Shown here: in pieces, positions 39,991-49,929 of the stretch
Layout of the letters: the number at the start of each line of letters is the position of its first letter
How positions within the stretch are numbered: position 1 is the first letter of the stretch
Virus record (IMG/VR): IMGVR_UViG_3300046718_001244
Source of the DNA: an uncultured virus (IMG/VR IMGVR_UViG_3300046718_001244)
Taxonomy: Duplodnaviria; Heunggongvirae; Uroviricota; Caudoviricetes
DNA: 64,000 bases
Strand: one strand, 5' to 3'
Program-made: the position numbers and the translations under genes
The notes under the pieces: model-generated
The model's input: only the letters and a program-made list of their open reading frames with translations
What the model was told of the DNA's origin: nothing
Database searches by the model: none

Positions 39991-40037
39991 GGGATTCTCC
40001 TCGCGGCGCTACGGAGAAGCGCGCGCGCTTTCGGCTC

Positions 40038-40481
40038 TCAGAGCTCTTCGACGATGATCTGCGCGCTCTTCGCGGCGCAGGTGATGTTGCCCGCGCTCGC
40101 GTTCACGCTGAGCTCGTAGGTGTGCGACGCTCCATCCGGAGCGGTGTCCACGAACATCGGCGCGAGCGCGAAGGCGTCGTTCGCGGAGAGGGCCGTGACG
40201 GCCTGGGTCTGGCCGATGGGGGTGGCGTCCCGCAGAAGCGTCGCGGTCATCGTGCCCGGACCCGTGCTCTCGCCGGCGATGGAGGCGGTGACCTTCATCT
40301 TGCCGCTGCCCTTCTTCTTGATGCCGGCGGTCGTCACCGTGACGGTGGCGGTGCCTGTCCCCGCGTTGTCCTGGTTCTGGACGAAGTTCGGGTTGAGGAG
40401 AGCGGCGTTGTTCGCCTCGGCCTCTTCGAGGGCTCGAAGGGCAACTCTCCATGCGCGGTTCTGATCGCTGTTGTTGTGCAT
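40038..40481 (-). CDS. Small beta-sandwich virion protein
   Basis: N-terminal helix then alternating beta strands. Confidence 0.6.
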   Translation of the reverse strand: MHNNSDQNRAWRVALRALEEAEANNAALLNPNFVQNQDNAGTGTATVTVTTAGIKKKGSGKMKVTASIAGESTGPGTMTATLLRDATPIGQTQAVTALSANDAFALAPMFVDTAPDGASHTYELSVNASAGNITCAAKSAQIIVEEL

Positions 40482-40853
40482 GGCTTCTTCCTATCGTGAG
40501 GTCCTACGAGGACCAAGTACCCTGATCCTCGGCGACGTAGATCGGCGCCGAGCGGGCATGGAGGCCGGGTGGGCCTCGATGGGGGGAAGCGCGGGGCGGG
40601 CGCGCGGAGGATCTACGCCGCGTCGCCTCCTTGGGCCTTTCGGGCCAGCGCAGTGCGGAGCGTCCGGGGAGAGATCCTCGGGCCGTCCTTGTGGGAGAGC
40701 CCGCGCATCAGGCTGAGGGCCTCGTCGGACATCTCGGCCTCGGTGGCGGCCGCGGGCGGCGCCGGCGGCTCCTCGGCAGGCGCCGGAGGCAGCGTGTCCT
40801 CGGTCTCGGGCTTGTCGCTCTCTTCGCTCATGGCAGTCGTCTCCTCGGGCCGC

Positions 40854-41459
40854 TCAGGTGTACGCCGGGCGGTGCCCTTGCGGCATCGTCGGACGGTGGG
40901 TCATGCGGTGGGTGTCGCGCCGCGCCTTGCGCTTCTTGCTGACGTGGACCACCGCCGCGGCGGTCACTCCTGCAGCGGCCACGAGGGCGACGCCGATGAG
41001 GACCGGGCCCGTCCAGTCGGCCGCAGCCGTGGTGCTCGTGGTCGTCGTCGTGTTGTTCACGACGGTCGTCGGCACCGTCGTCAGAGCCGGTCCCGTGTTG
41101 ACCGCCGGAGCCGATCCCCCGTTGACGACCGCCACGGCGTCGTGGGTGTTCGGGCCGTAGGATTTGTCCGGGTCGAGCCGCGCCGTCGCGCCGGCGGAGG
41201 CGACGATGGGGTCGGCGTTCCAGGCCTCTTGCACCGCGAGCGCCTCGGGGCTCGCCGTGTGCTCGCTCGGGACGCCGCTCGCGGTGTACGCGGTGAGAAG
41301 CGCGTTGACCGCGTTCTGGAGATCCGCGCTCGCGGCGGTCGGAGTCATCGCCGAGGGGATCGTGAAGTTCGGGTTGACGGCGCCGAGGCCGACTTCCGCT
41401 CTCCTGCGGTTGACCTGGGCGAGGACGATCGCGCGGGCGTCTTTCGTTCGGGTCTTCAT
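40854..41459 (-). CDS. Membrane-anchored protein with peptidoglycan-binding-like motif
   Basis: ALAVQEAWN...LDPDKSYGPNTHDAV; Thr stalk; C-terminal TM. Confidence 0.6.
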   Translation of the reverse strand: MKTRTKDARAIVLAQVNRRRAEVGLGAVNPNFTIPSAMTPTAASADLQNAVNALLTAYTASGVPSEHTASPEALAVQEAWNADPIVASAGATARLDPDKSYGPNTHDAVAVVNGGSAPAVNTGPALTTVPTTVVNNTTTTTSTTAAADWTGPVLIGVALVAAAGVTAAAVVHVSKKRKARRDTHRMTHRPTMPQGHRPAYT

Positions 41460-41830
41460 GCTTCCGCCTCTTCCTCGTCCGGTTTGGGGCCCATCATCTT
41501 GGCCGCCGCAAATCCAAGGATACCACCGACCCCCGCGCTTCCAAGCCCTATCACGGTGGCCGTCATGGGCGAGACCCCGGGAGTACTTCCAGGCTGTCCC
41601 ACGCCCTTGACGATCGCGGTGCACTTGCTCTGAAACGCCGCCACTTCCTTGTCGTACGCGATGAGCTGCTCGTTCAGGGAGATCAGGTTTCCGAGGATCG
41701 TCATCAGCGGAGAGAGAAAGCTCTCCGGAGCCCCTTCCCTCTGGGCGGATCGGTAGAGCGCCTGCATCTCGCCGATCTGGGTCCCCAAGACGGTGCCCGA
41801 GGCGTAGGAGAGCGCTTCGGACGGGGTCAT
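41456..41830 (-). CDS. Helical protein with C-terminal TM
   Basis: KGVGQ linker then hydrophobic segment. Confidence 0.6.
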   Translation of the reverse strand: MTPSEALSYASGTVLGTQIGEMQALYRSAQREGAPESFLSPLMTILGNLISLNEQLIAYDKEVAAFQSKCTAIVKGVGQPGSTPGVSPMTATVIGLGSAGVGGILGFAAAKMMGPKPDEEEAEA

Positions 41831-42726
41831 CCGACGACTCTCTCGTTTCCGACGATCGTCCGCACTTCGCTCTCCAAGCTGTCGGTCTCGACGATCATCG
41901 AGACTCCCACGCGCCACTGGATCGCGGCTCCACTTGCCGCGAGCGCATTGGCGAGGAAAGCGTCCTCGGGAGTGATCCCTACGCCCGCGTTCGCGGGGGT
42001 GAAGGGCAGGGCAGGGTAGGAGGAGGGATCGGTCTGCGCGACCGAGATGAATGCCGCTACCGTCTCGGGACCTCGCACCTCGACGTCGAGACTGCCCCAC
42101 GCATCGGGCGTCCTCCAGTCCGTCGCGAGTCCCAGGATCGTCGAAGACTGCGGGTGATCGGTCAAGGGCCGTCCGAAGGGCTGGCCTCCATTGGGAGGGG
42201 TGTAGGCCGTGAGATCCACGTAGTAGGGATCTCCGGCGGGGAGCGTGATCGTCTGGTAGAGAAGAGCCGGGCCCATCTTGAAGCCCTTGGCGAGGTTCTG
42301 GCCGTTCTGGGGGGCGGGGGTGAAGAGGGGGAGGCCTTGGGCATTCGGATCACCGAGGACCCGGAAGTGCCAGGAGACCGTGGCATCGGGGAAGGCCCAT
42401 CCCGGAGTGGTCACGGGAAGCGTGATCGCGCGGACGCCTCCCGCGATCCGATCGCGGGGATCCACCGGCACGAGAAAGCCGATCTCGTGGTACTGCCGGT
42501 AGCCGATGATTCGAGCTCTTGATCCTGCTCCGACGGAGAAGGCGGCGCCGTTGAAGAGGTAGCGGAAGTTGCCTCTCGCTCTTCCCGGTGGCGTCAGCGA
42601 GGCGGTGCTCAGGGTCGGCACCCTCAGACCAAGCCACGCACTGCCTCCGTAGGGCGACGTCCCGGAGAGCTGCCGGGTCTCGTCGACCCCGTAGCTACTG
42701 ACTTCGAAGCGGCGGCGGGCGGTCAT
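41827..42726 (-). CDS. Putative minor capsid/vertex protein
   Basis: 299 aa beta-rich, directly after the capsid candidates. Confidence 0.45.
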   Translation of the reverse strand: MTARRRFEVSSYGVDETRQLSGTSPYGGSAWLGLRVPTLSTASLTPPGRARGNFRYLFNGAAFSVGAGSRARIIGYRQYHEIGFLVPVDPRDRIAGGVRAITLPVTTPGWAFPDATVSWHFRVLGDPNAQGLPLFTPAPQNGQNLAKGFKMGPALLYQTITLPAGDPYYVDLTAYTPPNGGQPFGRPLTDHPQSSTILGLATDWRTPDAWGSLDVEVRGPETVAAFISVAQTDPSSYPALPFTPANAGVGITPEDAFLANALAASGAAIQWRVGVSMIVETDSLESEVRTIVGNERVVG

Positions 42727-42756
42727 GGGGAGGACGCCTTACGGGCTTCCCCCGTT

Positions 42757-43578
42757 TCAGCCGCCACCCACGATGCGGATCCGGTAGGCGTCGGAGACGA
42801 CGATGCCGCAGAGGTCGGCGAGTTGCTCGATCGCGGTGACGTTCGACATGTCGGTGGCGTAGTCGCCCTGGGGCACCCAGGCCCGCCAGGAGACGGTCAC
42901 GTCGATCGGCGCGAAGGGGAGGGTCACCGACGCGTGGAAGTCCATGAAGAACTGCTGCTGGTAGGTGAGGATGAACCCTTCCGGCCACAACCCCGAGCCG
43001 TTCGCGGAGTCGAAGAGGGTGGAGAGAGGCGTAAACTTCTCCGCGATCGTGTACCGGGGAGCCCCCTGAACGGAGAGCGTCGCCTCGATGCCGCTCTGGA
43101 CGTTGTAGAAGTAGTCCGATTGGGGCTGAAAGACGTTGGAGTTGGCGGTGTTCGACTGGTTGGTGATCCGGACCAACGCCTCGTCGATGAAGGTGTCCTG
43201 CACGATCTTGACGTCGGATCCCACGTCCGGGATGTCGGTCGTGTCGGTCGAGGTGAAAGAGGCTCGCACGTTGATGAGAAACGGCACGAGCTTGATGCCG
43301 AGGGCTTTGCAGAGCGCCAGCCGGGGAGATCCGAGCACCAGCATCTCGTAGGCGTCGTCGTAGAACGCGGAGGAGGCGTCGCTCACGTCGCCGAGCCCGG
43401 CGATCCGTTCCGCACGCTTCTCGTCGCGCTTCGCCCAGTTCGGGACCTCGCCGACCCCGCACACGAAGCCGCCGAGGCGCCCACGTCGGGCTGCGGGAGA
43501 CCCCACACCCGTCGAGCCGCGCTTCGCGAGCTCGGCCTCGAGCCGGTCCATGCGGGCGATGAGGGTGTCTTGTTCCAT
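42757..43578 (-). CDS. Putative second jelly-roll capsid protein
   Basis: Alternating beta strands (PFLINVRASF, IEATLSV, WPEGFIL, IDVTVSWRAW) after a GxG-rich leader. Confidence 0.45.
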   Translation of the reverse strand: MEQDTLIARMDRLEAELAKRGSTGVGSPAARRGRLGGFVCGVGEVPNWAKRDEKRAERIAGLGDVSDASSAFYDDAYEMLVLGSPRLALCKALGIKLVPFLINVRASFTSTDTTDIPDVGSDVKIVQDTFIDEALVRITNQSNTANSNVFQPQSDYFYNVQSGIEATLSVQGAPRYTIAEKFTPLSTLFDSANGSGLWPEGFILTYQQQFFMDFHASVTLPFAPIDVTVSWRAWVPQGDYATDMSNVTAIEQLADLCGIVVSDAYRIRIVGGG

Positions 43579-43688
43579 GGGCGATTTCCTCGAACGAAGA
43601 GAGAGGAAGAGGGTTGGGGGAGGAGGACTCGCGCGCGCAGCCTGCACCAGGCAGACCGCGCGCGCTCGCCCTCACGTGAAAGAGTCGC

Positions 43689-45101
43689 TCAGGTCGCGCC
43701 CTGCGTCGCGAACCGGATGCCGCAGGCGGCCATGACGACCTCGCGGATGTCCGCGGAGCCGTTCATGAGGTTGTACCAGTCCTCGGTCACCTCGAACCCC
43801 TTGATCATGAGCGACAGCTTGAAGTCGCCGCTCTTGAAGATGGTCCGCGCGTTGAGGACGTTCTGGCCCGAGGTCGGGTAGACGCCGTCGAGCGAGCGCT
43901 CGGGGAGAAACGAGGTGGCGGTGTTCGGGATGGTCGTGTACTCGGTCTCGATCGGGGGGATCGTGCCGCCCTGGCCGACCGTGATGTCCATCGCCCGGCG
44001 CATCTGGTCGCCCTGGTCTTGATCATTCTCCTGGAGGAAAAGCCCGATCGGCACTCCGGGCTTGATGACGTACGGCAGCGCGAGCTTCCGGAACTCGCTG
44101 TTGCCGCGGAGCATCGATCGGAGGTCCATGCCGCCGAAGGTCGCGCCGACGCGATCGAAGTCGCGGGTGGGCAAAAACGCTCCGGGAAAGGGCGCCACGC
44201 CCGCGGTGGAAACACTTCCGAGCCGGAGGTAGTTCGCGATGAGGAAGATGAGGCCCGATCCCAGAGAGGCGTACCGGAGGTTCATCTGGTTGACGAAGTC
44301 GACGACGTCGACCTCGCTCGAGGAGGCAGACCCGTCCTGCGCATTCGGGGGCATGTACGCGGTGTGCCGGAGCACCTCGTCCATGATGTTGGTGTGCTGG
44401 CCGATCTTCCACCGGAGGTTGTACCCGCGGACGAGGTGCCACGCGGCGTAGTTCGACCACCAGCCGTGCTGCAGGACCGCGGGCACGAAGGCATCGCCCG
44501 CGAAAGCTCCTCCCTCGGCGAAGCCGAGCGCCGTGGCGTCGGCACTGGTGAAGACGTCGGGCGATCCGGGGACCGTGGCGGGGGCCGTATCGGGAACGGT
44601 CCAGCCGTTGCCGATCGTGTCCCACTGCATCGGCTCGGTCTCGACGTGGAAGCCGATGTAGCAGGCGACGAAGTACGTCTGGGTCTGGCCCGTCTGGGCC
44701 ATCGTCGTCTCGACGTAGTCGATGCCGGGGACCGAAGTTCCTCCTCCGAAGAGGTCGATCTTCGCGCCGAAGTTCGAGCGGAGCGAAGCCGGGGTCTGCG
44801 GGCCGAGCATGCCCCAGCGGACCTGCTCGATGACGTCCATGTTCCAGACGGGGTTGCCGACGCTGTTCGAGATGAGGTCGATGATCGAGCCCAATCCCGC
44901 GGCGCCGACGCCGGCGGGCCAGTTCTTCGTGCGATCGCCGTGCACCCACTCGTCGGGGTTGCCGAGGCCGCAGGCCTTGAGCTTCTCGACGTTCACCCGC
45001 TGGCCGATGCCGACCTGGAAGCGCGGCGCGCTGTCGATCTTCTTGGTCTTCTGCTGGAAGTTGGCCGCGCGCTGCTTGCTGGGAAGGATCTGCATGGACA
45101 T
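43689..45101 (-). CDS. Putative major capsid protein, jelly-roll-like
   Basis: 470 aa; IDLF..., ETTMAQTGQ..YFVACYIGF, KLALPYVIKPGVPIGLFL, KLSLMIKGFEV recall vertical jelly-roll capsid strands; no HK97 signatures seen. Confidence 0.55.
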   Translation of the reverse strand: MSMQILPSKQRAANFQQKTKKIDSAPRFQVGIGQRVNVEKLKACGLGNPDEWVHGDRTKNWPAGVGAAGLGSIIDLISNSVGNPVWNMDVIEQVRWGMLGPQTPASLRSNFGAKIDLFGGGTSVPGIDYVETTMAQTGQTQTYFVACYIGFHVETEPMQWDTIGNGWTVPDTAPATVPGSPDVFTSADATALGFAEGGAFAGDAFVPAVLQHGWWSNYAAWHLVRGYNLRWKIGQHTNIMDEVLRHTAYMPPNAQDGSASSSEVDVVDFVNQMNLRYASLGSGLIFLIANYLRLGSVSTAGVAPFPGAFLPTRDFDRVGATFGGMDLRSMLRGNSEFRKLALPYVIKPGVPIGLFLQENDQDQGDQMRRAMDITVGQGGTIPPIETEYTTIPNTATSFLPERSLDGVYPTSGQNVLNARTIFKSGDFKLSLMIKGFEVTEDWYNLMNGSADIREVVMAACGIRFATQGAT

Positions 45102-45319
45102 GGGAACGTCTCTCTTCGGCGGGGATCGAAGCACCCCAAGGGCTGAACCCCGATGTGCCGCCGTGTGGGTTGGGTCGACTTTCGTCGCCTACCCGGTCCG
45201 AGAGATCCGCTCGATGTCCGCTGCCTCAGAGTCCGTCCGCTTCGACTCGCACGCTCGTCGCTCACCGTATCAGGGGTCCCACGCTGTCCCACTCTCGGGG
45301 GACCCCACCGCTTGCCGGC

Positions 45320-46987
45320 TTACGCCGCGACTTCTTCCTGCTCCTGCTCCTTGTGACCCCAGAGGAAGGGGTTCGGGCGCTTCGGGGGGAGCCCCGCGAG
45401 GTAGCCGGGTTGACCGGCCTGCGGCTGGCCCCGGTCGACCGGCTGGACCGCCGGGGGAAGAGCCCCGCCTTCGCCGCCGGTCGATCCCGCGTTCGCGGTC
45501 TCTCGCGGCATGCTCGGCCAGCCCGTGCCGTTCTTCTTCTCGGCCTTGTCGCCCTCGGCGGCGGGAGCGCCCGTGCCGGTCTGCTTCGCGCCGAGGCCCG
45601 TCGAGGGCAGCGAGGTGAGCGGGTCGGTGTTGCCCGAGGCGTACACCTGCGCGCGCATCTCGCCGTCGTAGAGTTGCTGGCCGAGCGGGGTCCACATCGT
45701 GACGTAGGCCACGAGATCGATGAGCGCCTTGCCGACGATGCGGATGGCCGCTCCGCCGGAGGCCGCCTGCAGCGCCGCGCGTCCGACGTCGTTCGAGACG
45801 GCGAAGGAGAGCGCGAACGGGACGCCCGTCATACCGAGAAGGCCGACGAGCCAGCGCGTGACGTTCATGGGGGCGCAGATCGCCGTCGCGTTGAAGAGCC
45901 CCGCGTAGTCGCCCGTCGTCGGGGGAGTATCGGCGTAGAGCTCGTTGCCGGCGGCGTCCTTCGCGCCCTTGTCGGTGAGGGCGTGGGTCGCGAGAAGCCG
46001 ATCCACGAAGTCGGTCACCATGAACCAGACGGTCATGGAGAGTCCGCCGATGACGATCTCGACGCCCGTGAGCGCGTTGACCATCGCCTCCATGTAGCCC
46101 TCGTGGGCGCGTCCGCTCTTGCGATGGCCGCCATGGCGAAGGGCCGCACGCGCCTTCTTGAGGTTGCGGATCGAGGCAGCGCGCGCCTTGCGGCTCTGCT
46201 TGTGGTGGCGCTCGTAGGAGCGGTGCGCCGGCACCTTCACCCGCTTCGGCTTCGAGTGGTACGAGTAGGACCGCACCGCGTGCTTGCGGCCCGCGGCCTT
46301 CGCGCGCTTGCGCGCCGCGCGGGCCTTGCCGAGGTTTCGCATGGCGGCGGCACGCGCCTTCTGGGTGAAGCGACGCTTGCCCTTGCCTTGCCCGCCGCGG
46401 CGCACGGCGCGCTTCGGGGTCGGCGGGCGGACCGCGTGAGAGGCCCTGCGCGTGGCGAGCGTCTTCTTCTTCGTGCTCTTGCCCGAGCGCTTGCCCTTGC
46501 TCCGGCGAGCGGCTTGCGCCTTCTTGATGTTTTTGCGCGCCGCGGCGAGCTGCTTGCGCGACATCTTCCGCTTGCCCTTGCTCCGCTTGCCCTTTTTCAT
46601 CGACGTTGCCTCGCTCTTCCTTGCAGTAGAACGCGCTGCCGCCCTCGTCGTCAAGCGCTTGGTCTTCGACTTCGCCCGGACCGCTGCTTGGGCCTTCTTG
46701 ATGTTCTTCTTCGCCGCAGCGATCTGCTTCGGGCTCGCCTTGCGCGACGCCCTCTTGGCGACGGACTTCTTCGCGGCCGCGAGCTTCTTCGGCAGCGCCT
46801 TGAGCGCCTTGTGCCGCTTGCCGCGCGCTCGCGCGCTCTTCGCGTGGGCCTTCTTGAGATTCTTCATCGCCGCCGCCTTCTGCTTCGGCGACATCTTGCG
46901 CTTCTTCTTCGAGGCCTGCGCCGCGAGCTCGGGTTCGGTGGACGGTTGGGAGAGCACGTCCAGGTAGTCCGTGGCTTGCTCGCTCAT
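45320..46987 (-). CDS. Histone-like basic DNA-condensing protein with membrane domain
   Basis: About 290 aa K/R/A-rich region with five repeats, then hydrophobic helices. Confidence 0.75.
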   Translation of the reverse strand: MSEQATDYLDVLSQPSTEPELAAQASKKKRKMSPKQKAAAMKNLKKAHAKSARARGKRHKALKALPKKLAAAKKSVAKRASRKASPKQIAAAKKNIKKAQAAVRAKSKTKRLTTRAAARSTARKSEATSMKKGKRSKGKRKMSRKQLAAARKNIKKAQAARRSKGKRSGKSTKKKTLATRRASHAVRPPTPKRAVRRGGQGKGKRRFTQKARAAAMRNLGKARAARKRAKAAGRKHAVRSYSYHSKPKRVKVPAHRSYERHHKQSRKARAASIRNLKKARAALRHGGHRKSGRAHEGYMEAMVNALTGVEIVIGGLSMTVWFMVTDFVDRLLATHALTDKGAKDAAGNELYADTPPTTGDYAGLFNATAICAPMNVTRWLVGLLGMTGVPFALSFAVSNDVGRAALQAASGGAAIRIVGKALIDLVAYVTMWTPLGQQLYDGEMRAQVYASGNTDPLTSLPSTGLGAKQTGTGAPAAEGDKAEKKNGTGWPSMPRETANAGSTGGEGGALPPAVQPVDRGQPQAGQPGYLAGLPPKRPNPFLWGHKEQEQEEVAA

Positions 46988-47016
46988 TGGGGTCCCCAAA
47001 CCCTACCAGAGAAATC

Positions 47017-47493
47017 TCACGGGTGCACAAATCCTCTTGCATCCGCGATCACGCCGTCGGGGAAGTCGAGGAGGTAGGCGCCTCGTCGGCGGTAGAGGAT
47101 CGCCCTTCGCTTGCCGAGGATCCACGTGAACCACCCATCGTTCAGCTTGTGCTTGAAGGGCCCCGGGTGGGAAGTGCCCGGACGCGTGTACCAGAGGGAC
47201 GGCTCTCCGTCTTTTCTTCCCACGTGGCCTACTCTCTTCCATGCGCGGAGGTCCTTGGGAGGGAGCGATCCCGATGGTTCTCCGCTCTCGACGTCGTAGC
47301 CGGGACCGAAGTAGGTACGCGCCGGGCCGTAGTCGACCGACTGTCCCGTCCTTCGGTACGGGAGGATGAGGACCGAGTCCTTCGGCCAGTCCTTTCCGTC
47401 GGGATCGTGGCACATGCCCCAGGAAGGAGGGCACCGGACGGTCTTTCCGCTCCGGAGATCGAGGACGACCCGCGTGCCCTTGCAGATGAGCAT
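47017..47493 (-). CDS. Hypothetical structural-module protein
   Basis: YTRPG..HPGPFKH; ARGFVHP. Confidence 0.6.
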   Translation of the reverse strand: MLICKGTRVVLDLRSGKTVRCPPSWGMCHDPDGKDWPKDSVLILPYRRTGQSVDYGPARTYFGPGYDVESGEPSGSLPPKDLRAWKRVGHVGRKDGEPSLWYTRPGTSHPGPFKHKLNDGWFTWILGKRRAILYRRRGAYLLDFPDGVIADARGFVHP

Positions 47494-47499
47494 CGCGGA

Positions 47500-47976
47500 T
47501 CACTCCGCGAGCGCGTGGTGCTCGGGCTCTCGCTCGGGAAGGGCGGGCCTCGGGATCAGGCTCACGACCTGTCCCACGGCGTAGGCTCCAGCTACGATGG
47601 CGACGCCGACCACCGTCCACTCGAGCGCCGACTTCCACCAGTCCTGGGAGGCTGGGATCTGGGTCGGGTCGACGACGGGCGAGATCACGTTGTCGCAGTA
47701 GCCGTTCAGGGTCTTCTGCCAGCGGAGAAGCTCCTGCGTGTACGTCTCGATCTGGTCCATGAGAGACCCGAGGCCGAACCACCCCGGATCGGCGATCTTC
47801 GCAGTGAGCCACGTCTGCACGTCCGCGGACCAGGACGCCCACGTCGAGGCGACCGAGGCGTCGAGCGTCGTGCAGGATTTCACGCTGACGTCGGTGCCCT
47901 TCACCGCGGTCAGGAGATCGCTCGCGGCGTCCTGGATGGTGCCAGGGTAGACGATGCGCGGGAGGATGCCGCTCAC
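47500..47976 (-). CDS. Helical protein with C-terminal TM
   Basis: WTVVGVAIVAGAYAVG. Confidence 0.65.
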   Translation of the reverse strand: MSGILPRIVYPGTIQDAASDLLTAVKGTDVSVKSCTTLDASVASTWASWSADVQTWLTAKIADPGWFGLGSLMDQIETYTQELLRWQKTLNGYCDNVISPVVDPTQIPASQDWWKSALEWTVVGVAIVAGAYAVGQVVSLIPRPALPEREPEHHALAE

Positions 47977-49127
47977 GCTGCTCTCCTTCGGCCTCTCGGT
48001 CCCTGGCTGCACGCACTGTCCCGGCCGAGGCTCCATGCGACGCCGCCGATCGCGGCGAGGCCGAGAGCGACGACGGCCACCGCTCCTACGCCGACGCTCC
48101 CGGAGGTCGGCTGGATGGGGAGCGGATTCGCGAGGACCGTCGTGCCTGGGACATCGGCGCCGAGGCCGAGCCTTCCATCCCGGAGCCGCGCGAGCAGCGA
48201 CAGCTTCGGGCCGATCGCCTTGCTCGAAGAGGCGCCGCTCACGCCCATCGCCGCGATCTCGGCCTCATGCCTCTTCGCCCACGCCTCGCACGCCGAGCAG
48301 CCTTCGCCGCCCTCGTCCTCGGAGCCGGTCCCGCTCTTCGGCGCCGGCGGCGCCGCGAGCGCGGCCTTCGCCGCGTCCTTCGCCGCACACTCCGCGCAGC
48401 ACGCTTCGCCGGTTCCCACGGGGACCCATCCTACGCCCGATTGGTCCCGCCACCACTGGCCATGCTTTCGAACCGTCCAGACCCCGTCGATCTTGCGCGG
48501 CCACTCCCTTGCGGGGACCGCTCCGAGGGTCACGATCTCGGGGCCGGAGGTCCCCGACGATCCGACCGTGTCCATCGGGTCGATGCGCTCCTCGGAAACG
48601 GCGGGCACCTTGTCGCCGGCGGCGAGGTTGGTGGAAGGGTCGGCGGGGAGCCAGGTCCCATCTTCCATCAGCGCTTCGACGAGGACGTGCTCTTGCTTTC
48701 CCGGTCCGAAGTTCTGCTTGATGACGACGACGGGAATCCCCGCCGCCATGATCGCCGAACCTACAGCAACGCACCCGTCGTCACAGTCGCGCGCTCGCAC
48801 GCAGAGCCCCGGACGAAGGCACATCGTCGTGCCCGCCGCCACGATGTACTCGGCTCCTACCGGATCGGAGACGTAGATCGTCGCCTGCCGGAAGGCGTCG
48901 AGGATCGCCTGGACCTTGCCCGCGCGGCTCTTGGGATCTCCCGCGGCCTTGAGGACGTCGCCGACCCATCCGCGGACGTCCGGATCGAGGCGGCCGTCCC
49001 GGATCTTCTTGGCGATGACGTCAAGGCTCTCTGCCACTTGCTCCTCCCCCGTCCCCTCGTAGGGCCTCACCTCGATCGCGTAGCCGGCTTTCTTGGCGCG
49101 CTCGACGCCGGGGGTGAAGTCGCCCAC
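47973..49127 (-). CDS. Transglutaminase-like cysteine protease with C-terminal TM
   Basis: YVSDP..EY; DCDD (Cys), EHV (His), W..ADPS (Asp) triad. Confidence 0.85.
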   Translation of the reverse strand: MGDFTPGVERAKKAGYAIEVRPYEGTGEEQVAESLDVIAKKIRDGRLDPDVRGWVGDVLKAAGDPKSRAGKVQAILDAFRQATIYVSDPVGAEYIVAAGTTMCLRPGLCVRARDCDDGCVAVGSAIMAAGIPVVVIKQNFGPGKQEHVLVEALMEDGTWLPADPSTNLAAGDKVPAVSEERIDPMDTVGSSGTSGPEIVTLGAVPAREWPRKIDGVWTVRKHGQWWRDQSGVGWVPVGTGEACCAECAAKDAAKAALAAPPAPKSGTGSEDEGGEGCSACEAWAKRHEAEIAAMGVSGASSSKAIGPKLSLLARLRDGRLGLGADVPGTTVLANPLPIQPTSGSVGVGAVAVVALGLAAIGGVAWSLGRDSACSQGPRGRRRAA

Positions 49128-49145
49128 ACGAGGAAGGCTACCACA

Positions 49146-49895
49146 TCAGGGCGAGGGCGAGGCTCGGAGGAGGTGCGTCGGGATGGAGATTCCCTTCCGG
49201 GCGCGGATCTCGTCTCGCATGCCCTCCGCATGGGGGACCTTGTCGGCGGGGAGGATGCCGAGGTCGATGACGAACGCGATGCCGTCCATGATGATCGTCT
49301 CGAGGTCGATGACGGGCTTGCCGAGGATCGCGTTGACGTCCGCTTCGATTTCGGGGAGGGACTTACCGGCGGTGAGGTCATTCGCGATCGTCTGGTCCAC
49401 CTTCGAGATCGTGGCCTGCGTCGCCGGGGTGCACGCGGTCGCCTGGAGCATCGCGGCCGTGGCCATGAGCATCACCGCCGGGATGACGCCCTTTCGCATC
49501 ATGCGCATCGCCTTGGGCAAGGTGACATGCCCGTGGATCGCGAAGGCGGGGAGGGATCCTCCGAAGAGACCGAAGAGGCCGAAGGCGAGCGCGTAGAACG
49601 CGGTCGATCCCGTGTACGGCTGGGCGGCGGTGGCGAGGAAGGAGCCGACTCCCGTGAGGAACGTCGCTGCGATGGTCGCGGGGCCCGCCCAGGGCTTGGG
49701 GACGGGGACGAGGTTGAGGATCGAGCCTTGGGCCACCATGTTGAGCAGGCCGAGTAGCAAGCTCACGATCGTCGTCACGGCGATGGGGAGGGAGACCGGC
49801 GGCAACGCCGTAGGCGAGGTCTGCGCGTAGGCGGCCGCGGGGAGCAGCAGGACGGGCAGGCAGAGTGCGACGAGGAGGACGGGCTTCGGTCTCAT
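49146..49895 (-). CDS. Multi-pass membrane protein with signal peptide
   Basis: Signal peptide, 3-4 TM, internal LQATAC lipobox-like. Confidence 0.65.
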   Translation of the reverse strand: MRPKPVLLVALCLPVLLLPAAAYAQTSPTALPPVSLPIAVTTIVSLLLGLLNMVAQGSILNLVPVPKPWAGPATIAATFLTGVGSFLATAAQPYTGSTAFYALAFGLFGLFGGSLPAFAIHGHVTLPKAMRMMRKGVIPAVMLMATAAMLQATACTPATQATISKVDQTIANDLTAGKSLPEIEADVNAILGKPVIDLETIIMDGIAFVIDLGILPADKVPHAEGMRDEIRARKGISIPTHLLRASPSP

Positions 49896-49929
49896 ACGTC
49901 CAACCGTAGCACGCACGGCTCGGCTCGGA

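Noticed and set aside
45155..48876. Long plus-strand ORFs (45155-47077, 46987-48876) and similar antisense ORFs elsewhere (25066-26712, 60537-62513)
   Set aside because: Shadow frames of high-GC genes on the opposite strand; no motifs
47973..49127. Ordinary host transglutaminase gene
   Set aside because: Embedded and overlap-coupled in the virion module; a crosslinking rather than protease role is still not excluded
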